Origin: an uncultured Poribacteria bacterium
GTDB lineage: Bacteria; Poribacteria; WGA-4E; WGA-3G
Length of the DNA stretch: 64,000 nt
Reading direction: 5' to 3'
Assembly (NCBI GenBank): GCA_958296135.2
Contig: CATQHZ020000001.1
Coordinates: 4,224,001 to 4,288,000, forward strand
Positions 47,691 through 57,777 of the stretch are shown here, piece by piece. A program made the position numbers and the translations under genes. Within the stretch, counting starts at the first letter, position 1. Each line of letters starts with the position of its first letter. The notes under the pieces were generated by a model. It was not told where the DNA came from and searched no databases. It saw nothing but the letters and a program-made list of their open reading frames with translations.

Positions 47691-48823
47691 TTGAGATGTT
47701 CTGTCACCAGTTGCGCGGTGCGTTCGGCCGCGCCGGTTGAACCGAGCTGCGCGTAAACGGCACGCAACTCCTCACGCTGCGCCTCTCGTCTGTGCGGGTG
47801 TTGGAGGAGCTCAAGAGTGTGTTCCGTGATTGCCCCTGGCGTGAGTTCTGTCTGCAGCAATTCGGGCACAATATCTCTCCCGGCGATGAGATTCGGCAAG
47901 CCGCTCCGCTCCAAGGGGCTCAGCGTCTTGATGATGCGCCAATTAAGCGATGAAGTGCAGAAGAGGATTATCATCGGTGTGCCGATGCACGCCGCCTCCA
48001 GCGTCGCTGTGCCGGAGGTGATGAGCATCAAGGTTGCCGCGCGCATCGCCGAATATGTCGCGTCTTCAATAATGTGAATTGGAGGGATGTCTGAAATCCC
48101 ACGGCGACATTCAGCGAGGAAATCTCGCGAAATCCCCGGTGCTAACGGGAGGAACCACTGCGCGTTCGGATAGATACGCGCGATGTTCGCAACCCCTTTT
48201 AGCACCGGCGGCAGGATGTGTCGGATTTCGGAACGACGGCTCCCCGGCATCAACCCGATGACAAGACTGTCCCTGCTTATCCCAAGTTTTTCACGCGCTG
48301 CTTCAGGAGTGAGAGCTGTCCGTGCAAAATCGACGAGTGGGTGCCCCACAAACTCGGCGTTTGCACCGGCGTTTCGGTAAAACTCTGCCTCAAAGGGGAA
48401 GATGGCGGCGATGACGTTCGCCCACTTTGCCAGTCTCTTCGCACGGCCGGCACGCCACGCCCACGCCTTCGGGGGGATGTAGTAGACAACAGGCACTTGG
48501 TGCTGCCACGCAACTTTCGCCAACGGCATGTTAAACTCGGCGAAATCGACGAGCAGCAGCGCATCGGGACGTTGCTGGCGGATGCGCCGTTTTAGATGCC
48601 GCTGCTTCCGCAGGAACATGGGCAGCGCGCCGATGACATTCGCGAAGCCCATAATAGCGGAATCGCCGATGTGAAGGTCCAACGTTACACCTGCCTTTTC
48701 CATCAAATCGCCGCCCATACCGAAGAGCGTCATGTTGGGGCAGAGTGTTTTGAGGTGTTTTGCGACGTACGAAGCGTGCAGGTCTGCCGAGGGTTCCCCC
48801 GCGACAATCATCACGTTTGGCAT
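47687..48823 (-). CDS. lpxB: Lipid-A-disaccharide synthase
   Basis: AGEPSADL, YIPPKAWAWR, VGHP, PGSRRSE, SGTATLE, LPN..VPELLQ. Confidence 0.95.
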   Translation of the reverse strand: MPNVMIVAGEPSADLHASYVAKHLKTLCPNMTLFGMGGDLMEKAGVTLDLHIGDSAIMGFANVIGALPMFLRKQRHLKRRIRQQRPDALLLVDFAEFNMPLAKVAWQHQVPVVYYIPPKAWAWRAGRAKRLAKWANVIAAIFPFEAEFYRNAGANAEFVGHPLVDFARTALTPEAAREKLGISRDSLVIGLMPGSRRSEIRHILPPVLKGVANIARIYPNAQWFLPLAPGISRDFLAECRRGISDIPPIHIIEDATYSAMRAATLMLITSGTATLEAACIGTPMIILFCTSSLNWRIIKTLSPLERSGLPNLIAGRDIVPELLQTELTPGAITEHTLELLQHPHRREAQREELRAVYAQLGSTGAAERTAQLVTEHLK

Positions 48824-48991
48824 TTTTTGTCTTTCGCAAGGCGTTTGATGGATACCCAACTAGCGGACACCGTTGTCTTACCAGGGCCGTCATCGATGTT
48901 GTCAATAACTACGTTCCTGGCTCCCATCCTTAACACTGTTAACGATGGAAAAACTTGTGATAGAAAGCGATACAAAAAACGGACGATGCGG

Positions 48992-50035
48992 TTAAGGCAT
49001 CAACCCCGGCACTTGAAGCCCTTCCGTTTCAGGTAAACCGAACATGAGATTCAGGTTCTGAACGACGGCACCTGCTGCGCCCTTGCCCAAATTGTCAATT
49101 GCGGCCATGACAACCACGCGGTTAGTTCGCGCGTCCATCTCAAGTCCAATATCGCAATAGTTACTACCGAGGACTGCCTTCGTTTGTGGGTATTCGCCAG
49201 CAGGTAGCACGCGCACGAACGGTTCGTTCGCGTAGAACGCCGCATAGCGTTCAAGCACAGCCTCCGTGGACATCTCCTGCTTCAGGCGCAGATAGACGGT
49301 GCTGAGAATGCCGCGCGTCATCGGGACAAGATGCGGGGTAAAGGTGACGCAGACCGGTTCAGCCGCAACGGCACTCAATTCCTGCTCAATTTCCGGCGTG
49401 TGCCGATGGACACCGATATTGTAGGCTACGACGTTGGACTCACGATTCGGATAGTGCGTATTGTCGCGAGGCTTCGGGCCCGCACCAGAAATACCGGACT
49501 TGGAATCAACGATGATAGAATCGCGAGCCACCGCGCAGCTGTCAAGCAACGGCATCGCTGCAAGGATGGCACTCGTGGGATAGCACCCCGGATTTGCCAC
49601 TAACCTTGCAGTGCGGATGTCCTCACGATAGCGTTCGGGCAATCCGTATACCGCTTGCGAGATAAGTGCCGGGCTGGTATGCAGCACGTGATACCACGCT
49701 TCGTAGGTATCGACATCCCTCAGCCGATAATCCGCACTGAAATCGACAACACGTAACCCCTGCGCCAGAAGCGGTGGCACGAACTCCATGGCGACTTTAT
49801 GCGGGACCGCCAACACCACGACATCGACCTTCGCCTTGAGGGAGTTGATGTCCAACGCTTCAAAATCAAGGGATAGGAACCCCCGGAGATGTGGCAGGAC
49901 GCTGTCAACGCGCTGCCCGGCGTAAGTTTCAGAGGTGCACAAGGCTACCTGGAGTTCCCCCGGATGGTTGGCGAGGAACCGCAACAACTCGCTTCCGCTG
50001 TATCCCGATGCTCCAACAATGCCAATTTTTGTCAT
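48992..50035 (-). CDS. argC: N-acetyl-gamma-glutamyl-phosphate reductase
   Basis: GASGYSG, NPGCYPT, SGISGAG, HRHTPEI, DNLGKGAAG. Confidence 0.96.
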   Translation of the reverse strand: MTKIGIVGASGYSGSELLRFLANHPGELQVALCTSETYAGQRVDSVLPHLRGFLSLDFEALDINSLKAKVDVVVLAVPHKVAMEFVPPLLAQGLRVVDFSADYRLRDVDTYEAWYHVLHTSPALISQAVYGLPERYREDIRTARLVANPGCYPTSAILAAMPLLDSCAVARDSIIVDSKSGISGAGPKPRDNTHYPNRESNVVAYNIGVHRHTPEIEQELSAVAAEPVCVTFTPHLVPMTRGILSTVYLRLKQEMSTEAVLERYAAFYANEPFVRVLPAGEYPQTKAVLGSNYCDIGLEMDARTNRVVVMAAIDNLGKGAAGAVVQNLNLMFGLPETEGLQVPGLMP

Positions 50036-50071
50036 ATTTTCACCCTACAGACGATGTGAGGTCCTGTGGTA

Positions 50072-50905
50072 TTATTGCGAAGTCCAACATCCCTCCGTGT
50101 ATGCCTCGCGGTTGAACAATTTTTGACGTTCCGGCGTGGCGCGTGCCATCCATTCCGCGGGAATCTCCTGCGTGTAACGATGCGGCGGCCCCGCTTCCTT
50201 GAAGATGTCGATGGCGAAGATACGGTAAGGTTGCGGGGAATCTACCGGCTTCGCTTCGACAGCGTGGAAGATGCGCGCGTCTATGTAAACCATGCTTCCC
50301 GGCGGCAAGGCGAGGCGTTTCTCTTCTAATTTGCGGCCAGCCTCCGAATCAAAATCGCCTGCCAACATCCGGTCCGGGGTCGCGTCGGCTGTCGGCGCGA
50401 CGCGATGGCTGCCGGGGATAACCTTCAGGTTCCGGTCGCCGTGCGTAAACCCGTTCGGATAGTAGAGAATCTGCACGTAATACTTGTCGCGCTCGGCGAG
50501 GTTGACCGGGTTCTCATGCTTCCAGTGATGATGGTCCTGATGATACGGGATGGCACCGATGCCGCGGGGCGCGATGTTGAGCGCGGAGTGACAGAAGTGG
50601 TAATCCGCGCCGATAGTCGCAGTGACGAGTGCCGAAATGAACAGGTCATCGATGAGCCGGTCGCTGTAGTGTTTACGTTCGTTCCACGGACGCACGAAAT
50701 AGGTTCTCAATTCGCCGCTGTCCTTTTCTAACGACTCAATGTATCGGTTCACGGGTTCAAGGTGCGTGATTTCGTCAGTGAGTCCTTCGCGCGCCTTGTC
50801 CGTAAGCACGTCCGGATAGGCGATATATCCGTCGTGATGAAAGGCATCGATATCGGCCGGTGAGGGGCCAGCTAAGCGGAAAAGTGAATCCAATTGGGTT
50901 GTCAT
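50072..50905 (-). CDS. PhyH family dioxygenase
   Basis: FHHDGY, YHQD, LKVIPGSH, PGSMVYIDARIFH. Confidence 0.85.
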   Translation of the reverse strand: MTTQLDSLFRLAGPSPADIDAFHHDGYIAYPDVLTDKAREGLTDEITHLEPVNRYIESLEKDSGELRTYFVRPWNERKHYSDRLIDDLFISALVTATIGADYHFCHSALNIAPRGIGAIPYHQDHHHWKHENPVNLAERDKYYVQILYYPNGFTHGDRNLKVIPGSHRVAPTADATPDRMLAGDFDSEAGRKLEEKRLALPPGSMVYIDARIFHAVEAKPVDSPQPYRIFAIDIFKEAGPPHRYTQEIPAEWMARATPERQKLFNREAYTEGCWTSQ

Positions 50906-50930
50906 AATCGTTGCTCCTTGCGCGTTCAGC

Positions 50931-51593
50931 CTACAACTGCTTCGCGACGATAGCTTTCAAAATCTGCACGACGGCTTCGGCTTCAAAAATGCCGTTGTAG
51001 ACGCGCGAAAACGCCGCGGTGAACGTCGGTTTTTCAGTGTCAATGTCGCCGACGATACCGCGCACAAAAGTCCAACTGCCAGAGACAGCGTAGCAACCAA
51101 AAATTTCTTGCTCCGCATTCGGCGGCTCCGACTCGCCTTCCCAATTCAGTCGTGCGGCGGCGAGCATCTGGCCGTAGAGTTGCACCTGCGGGTCTGGTGC
51201 ATTCACGCCGCGCTTTGCCTCATGCACGATGAAATAAGGCTGGCGAGGCTTCCCGGCGGCAGCGGGGGCGAGGGCCCCATCTGCCGCTCCCTCTAATTGA
51301 AAGGTAGCATAGGCGGCTTTCAAGGGAACGCTTGTCCAGGCCCGAATGTAGGCTTGTTCTGCGAGGACTAACAGCGGATAGATGGCGCGCGCCCAAAGTG
51401 TGCCTTCATTCAAGACGACGAGGTTGAGATGACGTAAGATGGATTTGAGATAGTCAATTTGGGCGACTTCCGCGGAGGTTAGGCCTTCTTGCTGCACGTT
51501 ATCCCAGTTATCAGACGTATCTATCTGGATATGGAGTGCCACAAGTTCCCTGAGCGTCTCTTCAGACAACTCTGAAAAATTGTAGGTTTTCAT
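50931..51593 (-). CDS. PD-(D/E)XK-like hypothetical protein, tandem paralog A
   Basis: G.ADG..YFIVHEAKRG..QLYGQMLAA..FGCY..G.W.F. Confidence 0.7.
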   Translation of the reverse strand: MKTYNFSELSEETLRELVALHIQIDTSDNWDNVQQEGLTSAEVAQIDYLKSILRHLNLVVLNEGTLWARAIYPLLVLAEQAYIRAWTSVPLKAAYATFQLEGAADGALAPAAAGKPRQPYFIVHEAKRGVNAPDPQVQLYGQMLAAARLNWEGESEPPNAEQEIFGCYAVSGSWTFVRGIVGDIDTEKPTFTAAFSRVYNGIFEAEAVVQILKAIVAKQL

Positions 51594-51725
51594 CGTTCAT
51601 ATTCTCCCCTTTTCAGTGCAGCGTGAGCCCGCGAGGGATCAGGTTTCCCCTCGCGCTACGGACGGGACGGCCTCAAGCACATGCGCCGACTCCATTGAAC
51701 CCGAAGTGCCAGGCCCTCGCACTGT

Positions 51726-52388
51726 CTACAATTGCTTCGCGACGATAGCTTTCAAAATCTGCACGACGGCTTCGGCTTCAAAAATGCCGTTGTAGACGCG
51801 CGAAAACGCCGCGGTGAACGTCGGTTTTTCGGTGTCAATGTCGCCGACGATACCGCGCACAAAAGTCCAACTGCCAGAGACAGCGTAGCAACCAAAAATC
51901 TCTTGCTCCGCATTCGGCGGCTCCGACTCGCCTTCCCAATTCAGTCGTGCGGCGGCGAGCATCTGGCCGTAGAGTTGCACCTGCGGGTCTGGTGCATTCA
52001 CGCCGCGCTTTGCCTCATGCACGATGAAATAAGGCTGGCGAGGCTTCCCGGCGGCAGCGGGGGCGAGGGCCCCATCTGCCGCTCCCTCTAATTGAAAGGT
52101 AGCATAGGCGGCTTTCAAGGGAACACCTGCCCACGCTTGAACGTCGTCTTGTGCCGCAAACACCAGCATCGGATAAATGGCGAGGGCCCAGAGTGTCGCT
52201 TCGTTCATGACGACGAGATCGCGTTCACGCCAGATAGATATGAGGTAGTCAAGGTATCCGAGCTCTGGCGGTGTTAAACCTTCTCCCTGCATCTTCTCCC
52301 ATTCGCCAGAAACGCCTCTCTGTATATCAAGCATCACGAGTTCCCTGAGCGTTTCTTCAGACAACTCTGAAAAACTGTAGGTTTTCAT
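51726..52388 (-). CDS. PD-(D/E)XK-like hypothetical protein, tandem paralog B
   Basis: C-terminal ~130 aa identical to paralog A. Confidence 0.7.
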   Translation of the reverse strand: MKTYSFSELSEETLRELVMLDIQRGVSGEWEKMQGEGLTPPELGYLDYLISIWRERDLVVMNEATLWALAIYPMLVFAAQDDVQAWAGVPLKAAYATFQLEGAADGALAPAAAGKPRQPYFIVHEAKRGVNAPDPQVQLYGQMLAAARLNWEGESEPPNAEQEIFGCYAVSGSWTFVRGIVGDIDTEKPTFTAAFSRVYNGIFEAEAVVQILKAIVAKQL

Positions 52389-52573
52389 CGTTCATATCCT
52401 CCCCTTTTCAGGGCAGCGTGAGCCCGCGAGGGACAGGCCCTCGCGCTACGGATGAGGGGGGCTCTAGTGTTCCATCGGGCGAGGGACAGGCCCTCGCACT
52501 ACGGATGAGAGGGGCTCTAGTTTGATGTCGGGCTAAGGACAGCCCCTCGCCGCGCAGCAGGTGCTCGCGCTGT

Positions 52574-53233
52574 CTACAATTGCTTCGCGACGATAGCTTT
52601 CAAAATCTGCACGATGGCTTCGGCTTCAAAAATGCTGTGATATTCGCGCGAACATGCCGCGGTGAACGTCGGTTTCTCGGTGTCAATGTCGCCGACGATA
52701 CCGCGAACGAAATTCCAACTGCCAGAGATAGCGTAGCAGCCAAAAATTTCTTGCTCCGCGGGCGGTTCTGTCTCGTCTTTCCAATTCAACCATGCGGCAG
52801 CGAGCATCTGGCCGTAGAGTTGGACACGCGGATCGGGTGCATTCACGCCGCGCTTTGCCTCATACACAACGAAATAAGGCGGTTGTGCATCCCCTGCGGC
52901 AGCGGGGGCGAGGGCCCCATCTGCGATTCCTTCCAACTGAAAGGTAGCATAGGTGGCTTTCAAGGGAACGCTTGCCCATGCCTGAACGTAGTCTTGTGCC
53001 GCAAGCACCAACATCGGATAAATGGCGAGGGCCCAGAGTGTTGCCTCGTTCATGACTACCAAGTTCCGTTCGCGCCAGATGCCTCTGAGGTAGTTAAGGT
53101 ATCCGAGCTCTGCTGGGGTTAAGTCTTCTCCCTGCAAGTCCTCCCAATTGCCAGACGTATCTATCTGGATATGGAGTGCCACAAGCTCCCTGAGCGTCTC
53201 TTCAGACAACTCTGAAAAACTGTAGGTTTTCAT
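52574..53233 (-). CDS. PD-(D/E)XK-like hypothetical protein, tandem paralog C
   Basis: Same motifs (VVYEAKRG, QLYGQMLAA). Confidence 0.7.
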   Translation of the reverse strand: MKTYSFSELSEETLRELVALHIQIDTSGNWEDLQGEDLTPAELGYLNYLRGIWRERNLVVMNEATLWALAIYPMLVLAAQDYVQAWASVPLKATYATFQLEGIADGALAPAAAGDAQPPYFVVYEAKRGVNAPDPRVQLYGQMLAAAWLNWKDETEPPAEQEIFGCYAISGSWNFVRGIVGDIDTEKPTFTAACSREYHSIFEAEAIVQILKAIVAKQL

Positions 53234-53267
53234 CGTTCATATCCTCCTCTTTTCAGGGCATCGTGAG

Positions 53268-53500
53268 CCCGCGAGGGACAGGCCCTCGCGCTACGGACGA
53301 GAGGGGCTCTAGTTTGACATCGGGCGAGGGACAGGCCCTCGCGCTACGGACGAGAGGGGCTCTAGTTTGACATCGGGCGAGAGACAGGTTTCCCCTCGCG
53401 CTACGGACGAGAGGGGCTCTAGTTTGACATCGGGCGAGAGACAGGTTTCCCCTCGCGCTACGGACGAGAGGGCTAGTGTTCCACTGTCCCTCGCCCCGCG
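53268..53500 (-). repeat. Tandem REP array (53-57-bp units, about 4)
   Basis: CCCTCGCGCTACGGACGAGAGGGGCTCTAGTTTGACATCGGGCGAG repeated. Confidence 0.8.
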
Positions 53501-53518
53501 CCCCGCGCACACCCCGGT

Positions 53519-55006
53519 TTACGTGGGACGAAATGCTCTACTGTGTCCCTGCTCCTTATATGTTTCTAACAACGCTGTCAACCGTTGGACAATCTCCGGC
53601 CGCGCCTCCCACAGATTGCGCGTTTCACCCGGGTCATCGTAGATATGATAGAGTTGTCCCGGTGTTCCCGATTTCGGCCCACCGTCACGCGGGGGAGGCC
53701 AGCCGCCTGAACCTTGTGTCCCCAGAATCAATTTCCACTCGCGGTGTCGGATGGAAAAAACACCGGTGCTGGAATGATGCACGATGGACTCGCGCAGTGG
53801 GTGTTCGGTTTTTTCGCCTAACAACGCGGGCAAGATATTGCAACTGTCCTGTCCGGCATCGTCAGGGACTTCCGTGCCGACGATAGCGGCGCAAGTCGCC
53901 ATCAAATCAGTGAGGCATGCGAGCGCATCGGTTGACGTGTTCGGTGCGATGACACCGGGCCAGCGCGCAATCAACGGTTCGCGGTGGCCGCCTTCCCAGA
54001 TATGCGCCTTGTAACCGCGCCAATCCCCGCATGACTTGTGGTTGTAGAGATGATAGGGCATTGGAGTGGTATCGCCTTGAATTCTGTCGCCGGGCAGCGC
54101 GCCGTTATCACTCGTGACGCAGATGAGCGTGTCGGCAGTTTTGCCCGTGCGTTCCAAGGCATCCATGACTTGTCCCACCATCCAATCGACGAGCCATACC
54201 AGATCGCCGCGGGGGCCGGCCCGGCTCTGTCCCCGCGCGAAGTCTGGCACGACTGCCTCCGTGCACGGCTCATGCGGCGCGGAAGGCGTAAGATAGAGGA
54301 AGAACGGTGCATCCGCATCGGCTTGTGCTTCAATATATGCCACCGCTTTTTGCGCGATAAGCACATCGGCGTTTTTATGTTCCCAGCTCGGTGCCATCCT
54401 GCCCGGCCGACTCGTAAACTCAGGGACTTCGTGATAGACGCTGGGGATTTCCACGAACGCGTCGTTCTCAATGAAGCCGTAGGGCGGCTGGCAGGTGGGG
54501 CACCCTGCGTTGCCGTAGAAATAGTCAAACCCTAAGTCAACAGGGCCACCTGTCAGCGGCGCGGTGAAGTCAATATGTTCCTCCAATTCGCGGCCCGCAT
54601 TCTGCCAGGGTAGCGGCGCGTTGAAATCGTAATCGTAACCCGGCACCGTTGAAAAGCCGAGCCCCAAATGCCATTTGCCGACACATGCGGTGTTGTAACC
54701 GGCACCTTGCAGCAGACTCGCTACCGTCATGCGTTCCGGCTCAATGAGGGGTGGTTCGTAGCCGTAAAGCACACCGTGTTTGAGGCGGCTCCGCCAGCAG
54801 TATCTGCCGGTGAGGACACCGTATCGAGTCGGCGTGCAGACAGCAGAAGGAGAGTGCGCATCGGTGAAGCGAATTCCCGCCCCCGCGAGTTTGTCCATAT
54901 TCGGCGTTGGGATTTGCGAGTCAGGGTTATAGCATCCGACATCGCCGTATCCCATATCGTCTGCCATGATAAAGACGATGTTTGGTGATGAAGCCTGTTT
55001 TTGCAT
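53519..55006 (-). CDS. Arylsulfatase (formylglycine-dependent sulfatase)
   Basis: PNIVFIMADDMG, CTPTR, GKWHLG, TSDNG, WEGGHR. Confidence 0.93.
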   Translation of the reverse strand: MQKQASSPNIVFIMADDMGYGDVGCYNPDSQIPTPNMDKLAGAGIRFTDAHSPSAVCTPTRYGVLTGRYCWRSRLKHGVLYGYEPPLIEPERMTVASLLQGAGYNTACVGKWHLGLGFSTVPGYDYDFNAPLPWQNAGRELEEHIDFTAPLTGGPVDLGFDYFYGNAGCPTCQPPYGFIENDAFVEIPSVYHEVPEFTSRPGRMAPSWEHKNADVLIAQKAVAYIEAQADADAPFFLYLTPSAPHEPCTEAVVPDFARGQSRAGPRGDLVWLVDWMVGQVMDALERTGKTADTLICVTSDNGALPGDRIQGDTTPMPYHLYNHKSCGDWRGYKAHIWEGGHREPLIARWPGVIAPNTSTDALACLTDLMATCAAIVGTEVPDDAGQDSCNILPALLGEKTEHPLRESIVHHSSTGVFSIRHREWKLILGTQGSGGWPPPRDGGPKSGTPGQLYHIYDDPGETRNLWEARPEIVQRLTALLETYKEQGHSRAFRPT

Positions 55007-55049
55007 AGTATACCTGCCTGAATGGAGCGGTTTCTTGCGTTTCTCATGC

Positions 55050-55145
55050 TTATTCAAAAGCGGCCCGCAGCTCGGCAACGGAGTCCCAGTGAAACCCGAC
55101 GATGTCGATGATTCCCGCAAGATGGCCGATAAAGCAGCCATCTTC
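55050..55145 (-). pseudogene. HicB-type antitoxin remnant
   Basis: Manual translation EDGCFIGHLAGIIDIVGFHWDSVAELRAAFE* resembles the HicB N-domain; premature TAA and no start codon. Confidence 0.65.
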
Positions 55146-55225
55146 AGTGTTTGCCTGACGTTTATTTACTGGCAGTTATGATAACGGCATCCGCTATTAA
55201 GCGCAAGTTGTTCCGTTTTCAGGTG

Positions 55226-56299
55226 TTACTTTTGGACTTTCGCCTTCAATTCAGCCAGGTCATTCTCAATTGCCGCTTCTTCGGCATAACTGGCAAATTC
55301 CCGTTCTCGCGTTGCATCCGTGAGCTCAACATCCGCTTCCGCCGCCGCCTTTGCCAAGGTGGAGGCCTCATTGGTATCGCGCTCCATTTGGCTCAGCATC
55401 TCCACGGCCTGGCTGCCCTGGAGCTCTTCCAGCATCTGCTGGAGATGTTCGTGCGCGTCAACGTTCCTATGCTGCGCGATGACGACATCGCGCTTTTGCC
55501 GCGTCTCCGCCGTTTTCTGTTGCAGTGTCTCCAAGAGCGCGGTGAGTTGCGCGACGATTTGTTGTTGCTCCTCCCACTGCGCTTTGTATCGGTTCGCGAG
55601 TTGCCGGTAGTCGTTGCGGTGCCCGAGGTCTTCGCGAGCCAAGTCCTCGCGCCCGGCTTGGATAGCGATAGCGGCGCGTTCTTCACACCGTTCGGCTTGT
55701 GCCAGCGCGCCTTCATAAGCGTCCCGCAGCTGTTTTTCTATGCCGACAGAGGCATCCACTTTCTGGCGCGCCTCGACGAGCCGGTTCGTCATCTCAAGGA
55801 TGGCATCGTCTAACACCTTTTCTGCATCCTCGGTTTCCGGCACTTCTACTGCCTCAGGTTCAGATTCTGGTTCCGCATCCACAACAACCGTGCGAGCCAA
55901 CTTATCCCCCAATCTTTGCCGCTTTTTCCCGAAACCCCAAACCAGATCGAGCGGTTGGAGGACCAGGCCGGTAAAACGGCGCACGAACGAATCTTTGAAG
56001 GTGCCCGGTTTGCCGTCTTTGAGTCGGACTACCCGCAGCGACATCACCCTTTTGCCGAGGCCCTGTCCGTTTCTGAGTCCATCAATGAAGAGTGCTCCGA
56101 ATGTCCACAACGCAAAAGATAGAGCCATAAAAACAGCAATTGCCGGGTCTGACGGCGAATGGTGCGACAGCAGCGTGAATATCACGGTCAAAATCACTTG
56201 GACAACAGATAAAAACGCCCCATCAATGAATAACGCAACCGTGCGTGCCATTCGGGAAGCCAATGTGAACTTTTTTCCGGCGATTTTAAGAGTCTGCAT
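55226..56299 (-). CDS. RDD domain-PspA/IM30 fusion protein
   Basis: R..ALFID, GQGLGKRVMSLRVV, RQRLGDKLARTVVV; then AEKVLDDAILEM..A.IAIQAGREDLARE..IENDLAELKAK. Confidence 0.8.
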   Translation of the reverse strand: MQTLKIAGKKFTLASRMARTVALFIDGAFLSVVQVILTVIFTLLSHHSPSDPAIAVFMALSFALWTFGALFIDGLRNGQGLGKRVMSLRVVRLKDGKPGTFKDSFVRRFTGLVLQPLDLVWGFGKKRQRLGDKLARTVVVDAEPESEPEAVEVPETEDAEKVLDDAILEMTNRLVEARQKVDASVGIEKQLRDAYEGALAQAERCEERAAIAIQAGREDLAREDLGHRNDYRQLANRYKAQWEEQQQIVAQLTALLETLQQKTAETRQKRDVVIAQHRNVDAHEHLQQMLEELQGSQAVEMLSQMERDTNEASTLAKAAAEADVELTDATREREFASYAEEAAIENDLAELKAKVQK

Positions 56300-56353
56300 A
56301 AGCCATCTCCTCCGAAAGGGATGCGAGAGCCCGCTCCGCGTCGGGCAAAGGGG

Positions 56354-57574
56354 TTAGCGCGTTCGCTCGGGCTCAGCGTCCGCGCGGACCGGTTTATGCT
56401 GAAATTTCGTCTTTAACTCGGTGAGCTCTTCGTCAATCGATGCTTCTTCGGCATAACTGGCAAATTCCCGTTCTCGCGTTGCATCCGTGAGCTCAACATC
56501 CACGCCCGCCGCTGCCTTTGCCAAGGTGGAGGCCTCTGTCACGTCTTGCTCCATCTTCTCAAGCAGTTCAAAAGCTTGGCTATCCTGAACTTCTTCCAGC
56601 ATCTGCTGGAGATGTTCGTGCGCGTCAACGTTTCTGTGCTGCGCGATGACGACATCGCGCTTTCGCTGCGTCTCCGCCGTTTTCTGCTGCAGTGTCTCCA
56701 AGAGCGCGGTGAGTTGCGCGACGATTTGTTGTTGCTCCTCCCACTGCGCTTTGTATCGGTTCGCGAGTTGCCGGTAGCTGTTGCGGTGCCCGAGGTCTTC
56801 GCGAGCCAAGTCCTCGCGCCCGGCTTGGACAGCGATAGCGGCGCGTTCTTCACACCGTTCGGCTTGCACTAGCGCGCCTTCGTAAGCGTCCCGCAGCTGC
56901 TTTTCTATGCCGATGGATGCATCCACTTTTTGTCGCGCCTCGGCGAGCCGGTTCGTCATCTCAAGAATGGCATCGTCTAAGATTTTTTCGGGTGCCTCCG
57001 TTTCGGTGGGCTCGATTTCCTCAACTTCCGATGCTAAATTGACTACCACCGTTTCAGCAAACTTATCACCCATCCGTTGCCGCTTTTTGCCGAAGGACCA
57101 GAAAAAGTCCAACGGTTGGAAGATGCCCGCGAAACGGCGAACAAAGGAATCCTTGAAGGTGACCGGTTTTCCATCCTTTACACGGATAACCTGGAGCGAC
57201 AGCAGTTTTTTCCCAAGCCCTTGCCCGTTTTTGAAGCCATCCATGAAAACCATACCGAAGGCCCATAAGGTAGGCGCAAGCCAAGGAAACGGATGAAAAT
57301 GGCCTTGCCTCAAGGAGAACGGCAACAGCAGGAAAACCATAGCTAACTGCGTGATAACCAGCGTGTTAGAACGCAAATTGCTTTTGCGTCCAAATATCCA
57401 CAAGGCGGCACTGAGGAACGCGAAAAATAGCACAGGATGAACTGCTGATTGAAGAAGAAGGAGCAGCAGGATGGAAGCAGCTAAGAGCGTCCCCTCTACA
57501 AAGAACGCGAACAACCGGGATAACCGGGAAGCCAATTGGAACGTTTGCCCTGCGATTTTAATAGATTTCATCAT
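56354..57574 (-). CDS. RDD domain-PspA/IM30 fusion protein (paralog with extra TM segments)
   Basis: GQGLGKKLL, RQRMGDKFAETVVV; PspA part near-identical to 55226-56299. Confidence 0.8.
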   Translation of the reverse strand: MMKSIKIAGQTFQLASRLSRLFAFFVEGTLLAASILLLLLLQSAVHPVLFFAFLSAALWIFGRKSNLRSNTLVITQLAMVFLLLPFSLRQGHFHPFPWLAPTLWAFGMVFMDGFKNGQGLGKKLLSLQVIRVKDGKPVTFKDSFVRRFAGIFQPLDFFWSFGKKRQRMGDKFAETVVVNLASEVEEIEPTETEAPEKILDDAILEMTNRLAEARQKVDASIGIEKQLRDAYEGALVQAERCEERAAIAVQAGREDLAREDLGHRNSYRQLANRYKAQWEEQQQIVAQLTALLETLQQKTAETQRKRDVVIAQHRNVDAHEHLQQMLEEVQDSQAFELLEKMEQDVTEASTLAKAAAGVDVELTDATREREFASYAEEASIDEELTELKTKFQHKPVRADAEPERTR

Positions 57575-57777
57575 GCACATCCTTCGTTTGCGTTTGAGAA
57601 ACGTCGCGCGTTGAGATGGTTCACTAAGTGTATAGAGACAACCACCGCTAAAAAGGATAGTGAAATTTTGCAACAAGATTAGCGGACATTTGCACTTCGT
57701 CCCTCTAATCCTGAAGAACTTGATTCAGCGGAAAAAAGCATCGCTGAGGTGCACAGTGCCGTCCAATTCAATCTCCA

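Noticed and set aside
55007-55141. N-terminal extension of the sulfatase in the ORF track
   Set aside because: It overlaps the HicB remnant in another frame; sulfatase homology starts near 55006.
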